A stretch of 32,000 nt of DNA from Aliivibrio fischeri ES114 (GCF_000011805.1 NC_006840.2), one strand, 5' to 3'; positions 19,265 to 29,671 are shown, counted from the first letter of the stretch. A program made the numbers and translations. Notes: generated from the sequence alone by a model not told the origin.

Positions 19265-21153
19265 TGCAAATACGATTGAGTGAGATCCAGCTAAAAAACT
19301 TTAAATCTTTTGAAGATTTAACAATTTCACCTAATAACAGATTCAATATCATCATTGGTGAGAATAGCGCTGGTAAATCTACAATATTTGAAGGTATTCA
19401 TTTATGGGAAAAGTGCTATGAAGCATTCATTTTAGCTTCAAGAAAAGGTTTTTATAAAGTTCGAGGCTCGACAAGTCGTTATGTTAATTATCAAGAATTA
19501 GATTTTCTTAGACTTACTAGTGATAATGATTTATTTTTTCACTCAGGTCGAACAAGAAATGCAGAAATAACTGTGACCTTATGCGTTGATGGGGATCTAT
19601 TTAATCTGGGATTCAAGATTTCACGACCTACTTCTATTTCAAATGCTTTTTTTCGAATTCAACCTATAGAGCAAATTCAATTCTCTAGTTTTGCTGAAAA
19701 AATTGTGGCTGACGGAAAAACATTAGATGAGGCGATATTCATATATCAAACAAGGCCCGTTGCTGGAGTTTTGCAATATGAACCTTATTTAAATGATGCT
19801 CAGGTTACAAAAAAAATACAGAAAGGGATCTCTCACGAAGTTTTGAGAAATAAGATTATTGCTAAACGAGAATCTATAGAGCAGCTAGAAGAAGCAATAA
19901 CTAAAATATTAGGAAAAACAGTTAAATTTGACCTACCACCTAAAACTCGTGCAAGAACTGATGAATTTGTTTCAATAAAAGTCACTATAGGTACTGGTAA
20001 AAAACAAGACTTACATTTACAAGGCAGTGGTTTTTTACAAATAGTAGAAATTCTATCAACAATAGAATTTCTAGATGCTCCTTTAAAACTGTTACTTGTA
20101 GATGAGCCTGATTCACATATTCATACTAAATTACAATCAAACCTTATTAGTCATTTGCGAAGTATTCTTGATAATCAGTTTTTTATTATTAGCCATAATG
20201 ACCAGTTTGTTACTAATGCAGGAGAAGGAGAAGTATTCTTTCTTAGTGAAGAGGCAAAGTTTGAAAAACAGCTTATTCCTATAGAGCACAGGAGCTTTGA
20301 TACTATTAAGCGTGCTCTAGGTGGAGTAATTTTATCATTAGAGCATCTTAATCAAGCAAAACACATAGCGTTCGTGGAAGGAAATGATGATGCCGAGTAC
20401 CTAAAGGCGATTAATGTAAAGCTAAAAGATATCACTGAAGTGAGCGGTTGTTTATCTGATGTCTCATTTTTCCCACTACGAGGCAAAGATAACATTCTTC
20501 AAAAAGTTGAATATAACAAACGAACATTGACTTCTATTTTGAAAGGGAAGACTTGGAACACTATTTTTGATAGAGATTTTTCTACAGATGAAGTTGATGC
20601 TGAACTGAAAAGACAAATTCAGGGTAAACGTTGTAACCCATTTAGCCACACAGGGTATTGTGTCGAATCGGTGTTGTTTTCCGAAACAACGATTCTAAAA
20701 CGATTTATCAATACTTTTGTAGATGATTTTCCAGTAGCAGATGTAAATGAGCAAATTGATACAGTGTTACATGACTCTATTATACAACCTATCAACGATC
20801 TTCATTCAGAGTTAAACCAAACGGTTGAAGGTCGATTTAATGGTCAAAAAAGGAATAGACCAGAGTTTTCAAATCTACAGTATGCCGATGTTATGCGCTC
20901 TTGGACAATAGATGGTGATTTTCAAACGGCTTTGGTGATGTCAAAACCTCTCATAAGTTTATTTGTTACTAAATTAGAAGAAAGTTTAGGTCGCTCATTG
21001 TTTCTTCGTACTTCCAATAATGATGAAGAAATATCTTCAAAGCTTTTTCTCGCATATATTGCGTTTTTAAATGATATTAATGATCTTTATCCTTCTCTAA
21101 AAGAGCTGTTTGTTCAGTTAGGTGTTTTAGAGGAAAGGAATGAACAAGAATGA
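19264..21153 (+). CDS. OLD-like AAA (ABC-type) ATPase with C-terminal TOPRIM-like nuclease domain
   Basis: Walker A 'IIIGENSAGKST', 'LQGSGFLQIVEIL' signature-like, Walker B 'LKLLLVDEPDSHIHTKLQ', H-loop 'FIISHNDQF', TOPRIM-like 'HIAFVEGNDDAEYL' and 'FDRDF'. Confidence 0.88.
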   Translation: MQIRLSEIQLKNFKSFEDLTISPNNRFNIIIGENSAGKSTIFEGIHLWEKCYEAFILASRKGFYKVRGSTSRYVNYQELDFLRLTSDNDLFFHSGRTRNAEITVTLCVDGDLFNLGFKISRPTSISNAFFRIQPIEQIQFSSFAEKIVADGKTLDEAIFIYQTRPVAGVLQYEPYLNDAQVTKKIQKGISHEVLRNKIIAKRESIEQLEEAITKILGKTVKFDLPPKTRARTDEFVSIKVTIGTGKKQDLHLQGSGFLQIVEILSTIEFLDAPLKLLLVDEPDSHIHTKLQSNLISHLRSILDNQFFIISHNDQFVTNAGEGEVFFLSEEAKFEKQLIPIEHRSFDTIKRALGGVILSLEHLNQAKHIAFVEGNDDAEYLKAINVKLKDITEVSGCLSDVSFFPLRGKDNILQKVEYNKRTLTSILKGKTWNTIFDRDFSTDEVDAELKRQIQGKRCNPFSHTGYCVESVLFSETTILKRFINTFVDDFPVADVNEQIDTVLHDSIIQPINDLHSELNQTVEGRFNGQKRNRPEFSNLQYADVMRSWTIDGDFQTALVMSKPLISLFVTKLEESLGRSLFLRTSNNDEEISSKLFLAYIAFLNDINDLYPSLKELFVQLGVLEERNEQE

Positions 21154-21316
21154 CTTTAAGCTTAGCAAACTTAAAAGAGTAAAAAATATGAGAAAAAAGA
21201 TAGAACAGGCACTTTTTTGTGATTTTTTACTATCCTCCACTCGCCAATTATCATAGTTTATTTAGGGCGGCGTTCATGATGATTTGAGATACATTTTTTA
21301 ATCAATACTAGTCAGG

Positions 21317-21334
21317 TTAGACTTAATGCTCTAA
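21317..21334. repeat. Right copy of imperfect 18-bp direct repeat flanking the accessory segment
   Basis: TTAGACTTAATGCTCTAA versus 14491-14508. Confidence 0.4.
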
Positions 21335-21375
21335 CTGATTTATGTCCAAAAACTTAGCAACTATACCTCCACACA

Positions 21376-21400
21376 AAAAGGTCGCTCCCATGCGACCTTT
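21376..21400 (-). terminator. Rho-independent terminator for the APH-like kinase gene
   Basis: minus strand aaaggtcgc-atggga-gcgacctttttgtg. Confidence 0.8.
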
Positions 21401-21402
21401 CC

Positions 21403-22362
21403 CTACAAAACCCTCAAAGCTCTTTCTTTAAACCCCTCAGTATACTCATTAATCTTCCAATGCTCTGGACTCCAGCCTTTTACGAAGCGGTGGAAATCAG
21501 CCCATGCAATGCAATACAGAGGTCGCCATTCTGCTTCTATTTCAAGGGCTGTTTCTAATTGGTTTTCACCTAATGCGTGTTTGATTTGCTCAAAGTAGTG
21601 GTCGAGTAGTTCGCTCTCAAGCTCTGCGCATTTTTCTGGGGGAATGCAACTGCTGATAAATAAAATCACATCCTTCATTCCGCAGCCTTTTCCTATGTAT
21701 TGGAAATCAACCGCAGCAACGTGTTTTCCATCTTCAGAAAAACAGAAGTTCGCTAGCTTAGCATCACCATGTACAAGCGTTTGATAGCGGGTATTTTTAA
21801 GTGTTTGATCAATCTTAAGCGCTGCGTCTTTTAATGGTATGTCCGTTAAGGCTTCAAGCTCATCAGGGCGCGTGTCTAAATGCCAATAAGTACCTGTTTC
21901 CCATAATCCAATTGGTTGAGTGTTTAAGTGCTCGATATGAAAATACGCAAGCCAAGTTAAACAGGCTTTGGCTTCGTCTAATGATACGTCGGTTTTTACA
22001 AGAGGAAAGCCAGCGGTCGCCAGATCTTCAAGTACTAACACGAGTTCATTATCACGTTGCTCTACATATAAACAGCAGGGTACAGGGTTATACAGTGACA
22101 CTGAATTGGCATAATCTTGATACCAGTTGAGTTCCACTTGGTATGAATCAAGCTTACGTTGATGCGAGCGATCCGTATTCCAACCTCTAGGATGCACTTT
22201 AGGCTTGGGTAAAGTGATTTGTTTGATGATAACCGAGGAAGTAGGGGCATTGCGTAAATGCAAACGCACCAACTCCCCATAACCGCCCCACAAGGTTTGT
22301 AGCGTATCAGTTTGAGTAATTGATGCGTTTTCGAAACCCGAAATACGTGATAAATCAAACAT
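21403..22362 (-). CDS. Phosphotransferase / APH-choline kinase-like family protein
   Basis: '[44 protein letters not shown]' matches kinase-like HGD...N and DFQ motifs. Confidence 0.9.
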   Translation of the reverse strand: MFDLSRISGFENASITQTDTLQTLWGGYGELVRLHLRNAPTSSVIIKQITLPKPKVHPRGWNTDRSHQRKLDSYQVELNWYQDYANSVSLYNPVPCCLYVEQRDNELVLVLEDLATAGFPLVKTDVSLDEAKACLTWLAYFHIEHLNTQPIGLWETGTYWHLDTRPDELEALTDIPLKDAALKIDQTLKNTRYQTLVHGDAKLANFCFSEDGKHVAAVDFQYIGKGCGMKDVILFISSCIPPEKCAELESELLDHYFEQIKHALGENQLETALEIEAEWRPLYCIAWADFHRFVKGWSPEHWKINEYTEGFKERALRVL

Positions 22363-22396
22363 GTCGAGTTCCTTTATTCATCCAGTTTAATTTAGA

Positions 22397-22855
22397 TTAT
22401 TTATGGTTTGAGAAGTTGTCGCCTTTTGCCATGCGATCGTACATGATCACGTTTACCGCAGCCGCAAGGTTCATACACCCATTGGTAGGTACGTAAATCG
22501 TTTCACGGCAGAAATCGGTGATCTCTTTTTTCAGCGTACCATCTTCAGGGCCAAAAATGTAAAACGCACGTGGTGGGTGTTTGTAATCTGGCAGTGGTTT
22601 TGCGCCTTCAATTAAATCAACGGCCACAGGCACACAATCTAGAGGAACGATGTCTCTTAGATCTTCAACTCCGATTAACGGTAGGTTTAAATGCTGACTT
22701 TTTGTATCCGTACAAAACTGCTTAGCAATGTCATAACGCTTTCCTGTGTAGAATACAGAGTTTACGCCATAGCAACCCGCAGCGCGCATTACAGAGCCTA
22801 CGTTTTCAGGTGTTTTTGGGTTTACTAAACCAATACAAGAATAGCCTTTAGTCAT
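22397..22855 (-). CDS. TrmH/SpoU-family RNA methyltransferase
   Basis: 'GLVNPKTPENVGSVMRAAGCYGVNSVFYTG', 'AFYIFGPEDGTL', 'IYVPTNGCMNLAAAVNVIMYDR' = SPOUT motifs. Confidence 0.92.
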   Translation of the reverse strand: MTKGYSCIGLVNPKTPENVGSVMRAAGCYGVNSVFYTGKRYDIAKQFCTDTKSQHLNLPLIGVEDLRDIVPLDCVPVAVDLIEGAKPLPDYKHPPRAFYIFGPEDGTLKKEITDFCRETIYVPTNGCMNLAAAVNVIMYDRMAKGDNFSNHK

Positions 22856-22943
22856 TTTTACCGTCTTTCTCTTACAAAATTTGCGCGAAGTATACCTAAA
22901 TTGATGTCATTCATATAGACTCATTAGAGAATTTCCTAAGAGA

Positions 22944-23423
22944 ATGATTATGAAAACAGTAGCAATTTTGGTTGATGTGCAAAACATCTATTACACCACG
23001 CGTGATGTCTACCAGCGTCATTTCGATTACAACGCATTATGGGCAAAAGTAACCGAAGGAAGAACCGTGGTGGGAGCGAACGCTTATGCTATTGCTCGTA
23101 GCGATGATAAACAAAAACAGTTTCATAATATTCTTCGTGGTATTGGTTTTGATGTTAAGTTAAAGCCCTTTATTCAGCGTCGTGATGGCTCGGCAAAGGG
23201 CGATTGGGATGTAGGGATCACCCTTGATGCTATTGAACTGGCTGAGCAGGCAGATATTGTGGTTTTATTGTCTGGTGATGGGGATTTTGATTTACTCATT
23301 AAGCGAATTCAGTCACGTTTTAATAAAGAAGTTGAAGTGTATGGCGTAGCTGATTTAACTGCTAATTCAATCATTGATGCGGCAGATCGCTTTATTCCAA
23401 TTGAAGATAATCTATTGTTATAA
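22944..23423 (+). CDS. NYN domain-containing protein (LabA/DUF88 family)
   Basis: 'VAILVDVQNIYYTTRDVY', 'RRDGSAKGDWDVGITLDAIELAEQADIVVLLSGDGDFDLLIKRIQ'. Confidence 0.92.
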   Translation: MIMKTVAILVDVQNIYYTTRDVYQRHFDYNALWAKVTEGRTVVGANAYAIARSDDKQKQFHNILRGIGFDVKLKPFIQRRDGSAKGDWDVGITLDAIELAEQADIVVLLSGDGDFDLLIKRIQSRFNKEVEVYGVADLTANSIIDAADRFIPIEDNLLL

Positions 23424-23586
23424 AACAGATTATTTATTGTAGGTCGTTGTGTTAAGTAATCTGTAATTGAGATAATTATCATTCTACGCCTTTCGACTCC
23501 TACTGTATTTTATAGAATGGGGAGGAGGGCAACGAAAAACGGCCTTTTTATAATTGGCTCACATCATAAAAAAGGATAATAATGAA

Positions 23587-24969
23587 ATGAGTCAAGCAAC
23601 ACAGCAGCACTCCGATCCGGTTCCTATCGTGAGTAACGTGATACTTCACGCTTTTGATTGGAGCTATCAACGAATTACTGAACAAGCTGAATTAATTGCT
23701 CAATTGGGTTATCGCTCAGTGCTTGTTTCTCCTGCCATGAAATCTCTAAATTTGCCATCTGGAACTAAGTGGTGGCAACGTTATCAACCTCAAGATTACC
23801 GTTTGATTGATAACCCTCTTGGCGATACGTTTGATTTTAAACGCATGGTTGAATGTTTAACTGAGCTTAATATTTGGGTTTATGTGGATGTGGTGTTTAA
23901 TCACATGGCCAACGAATCGGATATTCGAGCTGATTTAGAATACCCAAATCAATGGGACAGAGAAGATTACGCTAAAGATCCTGAAAAGTACGAGGCATTA
24001 ACTTTATTTGGTGATTTATCTGAGCCTCTGTTTACTGAGAACGATTTTGTTGAAGCGTTTGGCATTGAGAATTGGAATGATAAATGGGAAGTGCAGAACG
24101 GGCGTATTTCAGGTGGTCCACACGATCCCGGTTTACCGACATTAGCCGATAATGAACACGTTATTGCACAGCAACGTGCGTATTTAAAAGCGTTAAAAGC
24201 CATTGGAGTGAAAGGCTTTCGGATTGATGCCGCAAAGCACATGAGTCTTGAGCATCTTGAGAAAGTATGGGATGAAGAGATCACTCATGATATTCATATC
24301 TTTGGTGAGATCATTACCGATGGTGGTGCAACAAAAGAAGAGTACGAAACCTTTTTAAGCCCATATTTACAAGAAACTAAATTAGGTGCTTATGATTTCC
24401 CTCTGTTTAATACCTTGTATCAAGCGCTAGAGGGAGAAGCGTCATTAACTAGTCTGATAGACCCGTATATCTATGGCATGGCACTTTCTCCATTACGTGC
24501 AATTACCTTTGCTACCACTCATGACATTCCTAATAACCAGGTGTTTCAAGACCTTGTAATGTCTGAAGAAAACGAATGGCTAGCTTATGCGTATTTGTTT
24601 GGGCGTGATGGTGGCATTCCGCTTATTTACTCAGAGAATGAGATCAGTGGATTTAAAAATACGGAAGGTAATCCACGCTGGAAAGATGAGTGGTGCTCTA
24701 AACGCATGACGCAATTGATTGGGTTTTATCATGAAATGTATGGCGAAACTCAAACGCAAGTTGAAGCCAGTGATGAGCATTTGGTATTTGCACGAGGAGA
24801 TCGTGGTTTAGTCGCTATCAATAAATCTGATCATAATATTGAAGTGAATGTCGCGGTTAAGGCAGATATTGTTTGGTTAGAGCATACTTCTCAAACTTAT
24901 CATGCACCGCAGCAAGGGAATTTGCGTTTCTTTATTCCTGCAAAATCGTATTTGCTGTTTTCTCGTTAA
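23587..24969 (+). CDS. Alpha-amylase family glycosyl hydrolase (GH13-like); ORF track start 23554 is a TTG, ATG at 23587 also possible
   Basis: 'IWVYVDVVFNHMAN', 'GVKGFRIDAAKHM', 'HIFGEIIT', 'ATTHDIPNNQ' = GH13 conserved regions. Confidence 0.9.
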   Translation: MSQATQQHSDPVPIVSNVILHAFDWSYQRITEQAELIAQLGYRSVLVSPAMKSLNLPSGTKWWQRYQPQDYRLIDNPLGDTFDFKRMVECLTELNIWVYVDVVFNHMANESDIRADLEYPNQWDREDYAKDPEKYEALTLFGDLSEPLFTENDFVEAFGIENWNDKWEVQNGRISGGPHDPGLPTLADNEHVIAQQRAYLKALKAIGVKGFRIDAAKHMSLEHLEKVWDEEITHDIHIFGEIITDGGATKEEYETFLSPYLQETKLGAYDFPLFNTLYQALEGEASLTSLIDPYIYGMALSPLRAITFATTHDIPNNQVFQDLVMSEENEWLAYAYLFGRDGGIPLIYSENEISGFKNTEGNPRWKDEWCSKRMTQLIGFYHEMYGETQTQVEASDEHLVFARGDRGLVAINKSDHNIEVNVAVKADIVWLEHTSQTYHAPQQGNLRFFIPAKSYLLFSR

Positions 24970-24996
24970 TTGTTCGTTTTAGAGTAAAGCGTAATA

Positions 24997-25027
24997 AAAA
25001 AGGTGGATAATTTATCCACCTTTTTTG
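24997..25027. terminator. Bidirectional terminator between the amylase-like gene and convergent MCP
   Basis: aaaaaaggtggataa-tttatccaccttttttg. Confidence 0.88.
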
Positions 25028-25053
25028 TTTGTGACATTGCTTATCTAAGATAA

Positions 25054-27063
25054 TTACACTTTAAATTGATGCACAATATCACTTTGCTGGTGAGCCAGTT
25101 CATTTAATGTTTGGCTTACATTAGCAATGTCGTTCATCGCTTCTTGGTTATTTTCAGCAATGTGACTGATATCCTCTAAGCTACGTGCAATCTCAGTTGT
25201 TGTTGCACTTTGCTCGTTTGCCGCTTGAGAAATGTGATTACTCATGTGGCTGATCTCTTCAATTAAGTTTTGGATCATCACCATCGCATTATTGGCTTCG
25301 TTGGTTTGAGTGACGCTTTGTTGCATGTCTTCAACACAGCTTTCAATCACTGTCGTGGTGGTTTTTGAGCTTGATTGAAGGTTAGCAATCATTACTTCAA
25401 TTTCAGAAGTTGATTTTGCTGTACGTTGAGCAAGAATACGCACTTCATCAGCAACAACCGCAAAGCCACGGCCTTGTTCGCCGGCACGAGCTGCTTCGAT
25501 AGCGGCATTAAGTGCAAGTAGGTTGGTTTGCTCAGCAATGTTATTAATCACATCTAAAATTGAGCCAATCTCGCAACTTACTTTCTGTAGGTTGGATACG
25601 GCTTGTACTGATTCATCCAAGCGAGAAGAAAGTTGCTCAATGGTCTCTAAGTTGTTTTTCATGACTTGTTGACCGTGCTCAGAAGCGGCTTCTACTTCTT
25701 GTACTTTTAGTAGTGAACTTTCTGAGCTTGATGCAACTTCTACAACCGAGTGTTCCATCTCTGTCATTGCCGCTGCAACGCTTGTGGTTTGTTCACGTTG
25801 GTTCAGTAGTTGTTGTTTCGCTTTCTCTGCGGTGGCGTTGTTATTTTGCGCAACTTCAGTCAGTTCATCAGAAGCCCCACTTAACTGAATTAATACTTTT
25901 TGTAGGTTGTCGGCAAGGGTATTGATATGACGAGATACACGGCTAAATTCGGTATTTCGTTTGGTTTCAATACGCTGAGTCATATCGCCAGAGGTTAATG
26001 ACTCTAAGATTTTAAGCATATTTTGTAGTGGGGTACGAACTGATGTCGCTAGGTTAAAACCAATAAAGGTCGCTAACAGAGAAACAACCACACCCAGTGC
26101 AATCCCTTTATAAAGGCTTTGTCGGTAAATGGTGTCTGCTTGTTGCAGTGAGTTTTGTAAATCTTGGTTTGCTAATTGATTAAATGAAGTCAGCAGGGTG
26201 ATGGCTTTATCAATTTGCTGAGCAAGGTTTGAGATGTTGGTGTACAACGCATCTTTAGCCGTTAAGTAGGCAAAGTGAGTATTTAGAATCCCTTCTTTTT
26301 GTCCTACTTCAGCGCTGAATTGCTTTACTGAATCATCAAATGTGCCTTTTAGCTCAGGCAATTGGTTTGCTAGCCCACGGTAAGCGTAGTTTAAGTGCGT
26401 AACCGCTTTTTTGTTTTGATTAACGGCTTTATTAACCAATGCGATATCGCTACTTGCTAATGCATCCGAAGTAATCAGCTCTGCGTCTTCTAGTTTCACG
26501 AAGTAGCTTTTCGCCATCATCTTAACAGCGATACTTTCTTGGTCATTAATGTATTCTTTCATACGTACACTTAACTCAGTGTAAAGACGTTGAAAGTTAC
26601 GGATCGCTTGTTGTTTTTCATCTTCAGCAGTCAGTAGGGCTTGGTAGTTATCCATTGCTACTTTTGCTTCATTGAAATAAGCGCTTTCTATTTTAGCCAG
26701 TTCTGAACGTTGTTGTGCGCCCGTGTTTTTTTGTTGAGCGGTATTGATAAGTTGTTTAAAGGTATTTTTAAATTTGGTTTCTGCAACAGAAAATTGCTCA
26801 CGAGCTTGCTGCATTTGAATAGTATCGCGAGTAGTAAGGAAATCTTTAAATGACTTATCAGCAGCAAGTAAGGAGACGCTTGTTTCGTTTGATAAGCTCA
26901 CTAAAGGCATGGATTCTGAAGAGACAGATTGCATCTGTTTGTGAATATTGCTCGTTCCGTTGAGCATTAAGATAACCGTCGTAATAAATAGGATAACAAT
27001 TAAGGAGAATCCTGCGTACATGCGACGAACTACCGAACTGTTCATGTTGTATCTCTCTTTCAT
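25054..27063 (-). CDS. Methyl-accepting chemotaxis protein (long helical periplasmic domain, HAMP, MCP signalling)
   Basis: '[48 protein letters not shown]' HAMP-like region, '[37 protein letters not shown]'. Confidence 0.95.
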   Translation of the reverse strand: MKERYNMNSSVVRRMYAGFSLIVILFITTVILMLNGTSNIHKQMQSVSSESMPLVSLSNETSVSLLAADKSFKDFLTTRDTIQMQQAREQFSVAETKFKNTFKQLINTAQQKNTGAQQRSELAKIESAYFNEAKVAMDNYQALLTAEDEKQQAIRNFQRLYTELSVRMKEYINDQESIAVKMMAKSYFVKLEDAELITSDALASSDIALVNKAVNQNKKAVTHLNYAYRGLANQLPELKGTFDDSVKQFSAEVGQKEGILNTHFAYLTAKDALYTNISNLAQQIDKAITLLTSFNQLANQDLQNSLQQADTIYRQSLYKGIALGVVVSLLATFIGFNLATSVRTPLQNMLKILESLTSGDMTQRIETKRNTEFSRVSRHINTLADNLQKVLIQLSGASDELTEVAQNNNATAEKAKQQLLNQREQTTSVAAAMTEMEHSVVEVASSSESSLLKVQEVEAASEHGQQVMKNNLETIEQLSSRLDESVQAVSNLQKVSCEIGSILDVINNIAEQTNLLALNAAIEAARAGEQGRGFAVVADEVRILAQRTAKSTSEIEVMIANLQSSSKTTTTVIESCVEDMQQSVTQTNEANNAMVMIQNLIEEISHMSNHISQAANEQSATTTEIARSLEDISHIAENNQEAMNDIANVSQTLNELAHQQSDIVHQFKV

Positions 27064-27350
27064 CTAAAAGGGTATTAAGATTGTGCAATGATGATTTTTT
27101 TGCTTGCGAGTCTTAAAATGGTTACAGTGATTATTCATGATATGATTAACTCGTCACACAAATTGCGACCTTGTCTATAAAATTAACAATAACTGTTAAA
27201 ATTTTTACATTATTTCGGGTGAGTTCTCTGTTTGGGTTTTAGATGATTGCTTTTACTATTTCTCAAGTGATTGTTTTTGAGCTATTTGTAACGCATACTA
27301 AGTGAAAGTAAAAAATAAAATAGAATTCTGGGTATTATTGGAGGCGCTTC

Positions 27351-27701
27351 ATGGCTGAAGAAACAATTTTTAGTAAGATTATTCGCAAAGAAATTCCTGC
27401 GGATGTGGTATATCAAGATGATTTAGTTACGGCTTTTCGCGATATTAATCCAAGAGCGCCAAGCCATGTATTGATCATTCCTAATAAATTGATCCCTACT
27501 ACGAATGACGTAGAACCAGAAGATGAATTGGTGATGGGACGTTTGTTTACTGTGGCTAGAAAAATTGCACAAGATGAAGGAATTGCTGAAGATGGTTACC
27601 GTTTAATCGTCAATTGTAATCCTCATGGTGGTCAAGAAGTTTACCATATTCATATGCACCTAGTTGGCGGTCGCCCTTTAGGTCCAATGCTACTAAGCTA
27701 A
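27351..27701 (+). CDS. hinT: HIT-family purine nucleoside phosphoramidase
   Basis: '[43 protein letters not shown]...[19 protein letters not shown]' HIT motif HxHxH. Confidence 0.95.
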   Translation: MAEETIFSKIIRKEIPADVVYQDDLVTAFRDINPRAPSHVLIIPNKLIPTTNDVEPEDELVMGRLFTVARKIAQDEGIAEDGYRLIVNCNPHGGQEVYHIHMHLVGGRPLGPMLLS

Positions 27702-27768
27702 TAAATATCATATAGAGGCTCCTGTTTTTGTGGAGCCTTACTTTTCCAACGATGAGTTTCTTATAATA

Positions 27769-29166
27769 ATGAATTCAATATTGAAGAAATCCACCATAGT
27801 TACTTTTGCTTTGCTGCTTTCTGGCTGTGCAAATATGTCTGTTGGCAATTTGTTTAGTCATTATTCAGCTCAAACTAATGATGTTTATCAATTAGTGAAA
27901 AGTGGTGAAGCAAAACAAGCTTATACTCTTGAAGAGCAGGAAGTGGGTGGCCCAATTCTTGATAATATGGAGCTTGGTCGTATTGCTTTATTAAGCGAGC
28001 AATATGCGGAGAGTAAAACGGATTTTGAAGTAGCAGAGCAAGCTGTGAGAGTGCAAAGTGACCAAGCGACTATCTCTGTTTCTGATTCAGCAAATCAAGT
28101 GGGTTCTTTAGTCACGAATGATAATTTAATTGACTATAAACCAGCGGATTATGAGTTAGGTTACTTGCATTTATATTTGTCTTTAAATTATTTAAAAAAT
28201 AATGATTTAGAAGGTGCTTTGGTTGAGGTTCGTAAAGCGAACTATATTCAAGAGCAAGCGAAAAGAGACAGAGAAAAGGATTTACAAAAAGCGGAAAAAG
28301 AAGCAAGAAAAGAGGGCGTTAAAACCAACGTAGGGGCTATTTTAGCTAATTATCCTGATGTGGGTAATCAACTTGCTGCGGTTCAAAATGGCTATCTTTT
28401 CTATTATTCAGGCCTGCTTTATGAAACCAATCGTTCTTTAAATGATGCTTATATAGATTATAAACGAGCGTTAGCAGTAGCGCCGAATAATAAAACGGTG
28501 ATTGAATCGGTTCAACGTGTTGCTCGTAAACTGGGTATGCGTAACGATATCAAAATGTTAGAGAAGCAATACGGTGCTTACCAAGTACCAAAACGCTCTG
28601 ATAGCCGTGTGATTATTATTGATGAACAAGGTATTTTACCGCCATTGTCTGATTGGCGATTGGGCTTACCTATGTGGGATAGCCAAGGTAATTTTGTTCA
28701 ATATAATTTAGCATTACCTTACTATAAAAACACCAAACGTCAGGTATTTCCGCCACTAAAAGTGAATGGTAAGTCGTTAGCGAGTGATCAAGTTGCTGAT
28801 GTAACATTAATGGCGAAGAACGATCTTAATGAACGCATTCCTGCAATGGTGATCCGCCAAGCTTTACGTGTTGTTGCTAAAGATGAATTAAGAAAAACAT
28901 CAAGAAACAGCAAAGAAGAAGAGTTGGTTAATGCGGTCTTTACTATCTTTAATACATTAACAGAACAACCTGATACACGTAGCTGGCAAACACTACCAGC
29001 GCAAATAAGTGTAACAAGTATGAGTATTGAGCCCGGAAAGAATCAAATTCAATATCAAGGAAATGAACTAGACTTTACAGTAAAGGAAGGACATACCGTT
29101 ATCGTCTGGTCATCTAGACAAGGAAACGCCGTCACTTGGTGGCATAAACAATTAGGGGAAATATAA
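27769..29166 (+). CDS. TPR-containing lipoprotein (COG3014-like); ORF track starts at 27730, probable Met at 27769
   Basis: Signal peptide 'MNSILKKSTIVTFALLLSGCAN' with lipobox, helical repeats 'DLEGALVEVRKANYIQEQAK', 'LLYETNRSLNDAYIDYKRALAVAP'; located between hinT and ycfL. Confidence 0.82.
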   Translation: MNSILKKSTIVTFALLLSGCANMSVGNLFSHYSAQTNDVYQLVKSGEAKQAYTLEEQEVGGPILDNMELGRIALLSEQYAESKTDFEVAEQAVRVQSDQATISVSDSANQVGSLVTNDNLIDYKPADYELGYLHLYLSLNYLKNNDLEGALVEVRKANYIQEQAKRDREKDLQKAEKEARKEGVKTNVGAILANYPDVGNQLAAVQNGYLFYYSGLLYETNRSLNDAYIDYKRALAVAPNNKTVIESVQRVARKLGMRNDIKMLEKQYGAYQVPKRSDSRVIIIDEQGILPPLSDWRLGLPMWDSQGNFVQYNLALPYYKNTKRQVFPPLKVNGKSLASDQVADVTLMAKNDLNERIPAMVIRQALRVVAKDELRKTSRNSKEEELVNAVFTIFNTLTEQPDTRSWQTLPAQISVTSMSIEPGKNQIQYQGNELDFTVKEGHTVIVWSSRQGNAVTWWHKQLGEI

Positions 29167-29555
29167 TGAAAAAATGGTTTATCGCACTTTTGTTACCACT
29201 GGCTTTGGCTGCGTGTAGTTCAAGTCAAACAGCAGGGATCAGTGTTGATAGCAGCACTCAAAAAGTTGTCTTTGGTGATAACGTATTGGGTAACCGTTTA
29301 TCGGTAGAGCAGATCACAACACAAGACAATAATGGCTTGGTGCGTGGTATTGTGTCAGTTACAAGTAAATTTACGGGTGATCAACAGCTTCAATACCGTT
29401 TTTACTGGTATGATGAACAAGGTTTAGAGGTTAACGGTTCTGACTCTCCTTGGCGTACGTTTGTTGTTCGTGGTTTAGATACAATGAGCATTCAATCTGT
29501 GGCTATGAAGCCTGAAGCAACTCAGTTCCGTGTTCAAATTCGCACATTAGATTGA
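29166..29555 (+). CDS. ycfL: YcfL family lipoprotein (DUF1425)
   Basis: Lipobox 'LALAACSSSQ', 129 aa, 1-bp overlap with upstream gene, immediately upstream of lpoB as in related genomes. Confidence 0.8.
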   Translation: MKKWFIALLLPLALAACSSSQTAGISVDSSTQKVVFGDNVLGNRLSVEQITTQDNNGLVRGIVSVTSKFTGDQQLQYRFYWYDEQGLEVNGSDSPWRTFVVRGLDTMSIQSVAMKPEATQFRVQIRTLD

Positions 29556-29671
29556 TACTCATCTCTATGAATAGTTGACCACACTGTTTATTAACATTAT
29601 TTGGTCAGCTATTTATGTTGAAGGGTATGGTTTCTTTTATAAGATAAAGACTCACTAGAGGTAAAAACAAA

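Noticed and set aside
15777-21153. Calling the operon Gabija, Lamassu, Menshen or another named system
   Set aside because: Gene 3 is OLD-like, but there is no UvrD-like helicase (Gabija) or SMC-like long coiled-coil ATPase (Lamassu). I cannot verify sequence identity to other three-gene systems without a search, so I left it unnamed.
22062-22358. 98-aa same-strand alternative-frame ORF within the APH-like kinase gene
   Set aside because: Fully contained in a strongly supported CDS; no independent evidence.
23424-23553. Fur-box-like sequence gagataattatcattc upstream of the amylase-like gene
   Set aside because: Only a partial match to the Fur consensus in an AT-rich intergenic region; not enough to call a regulatory site.
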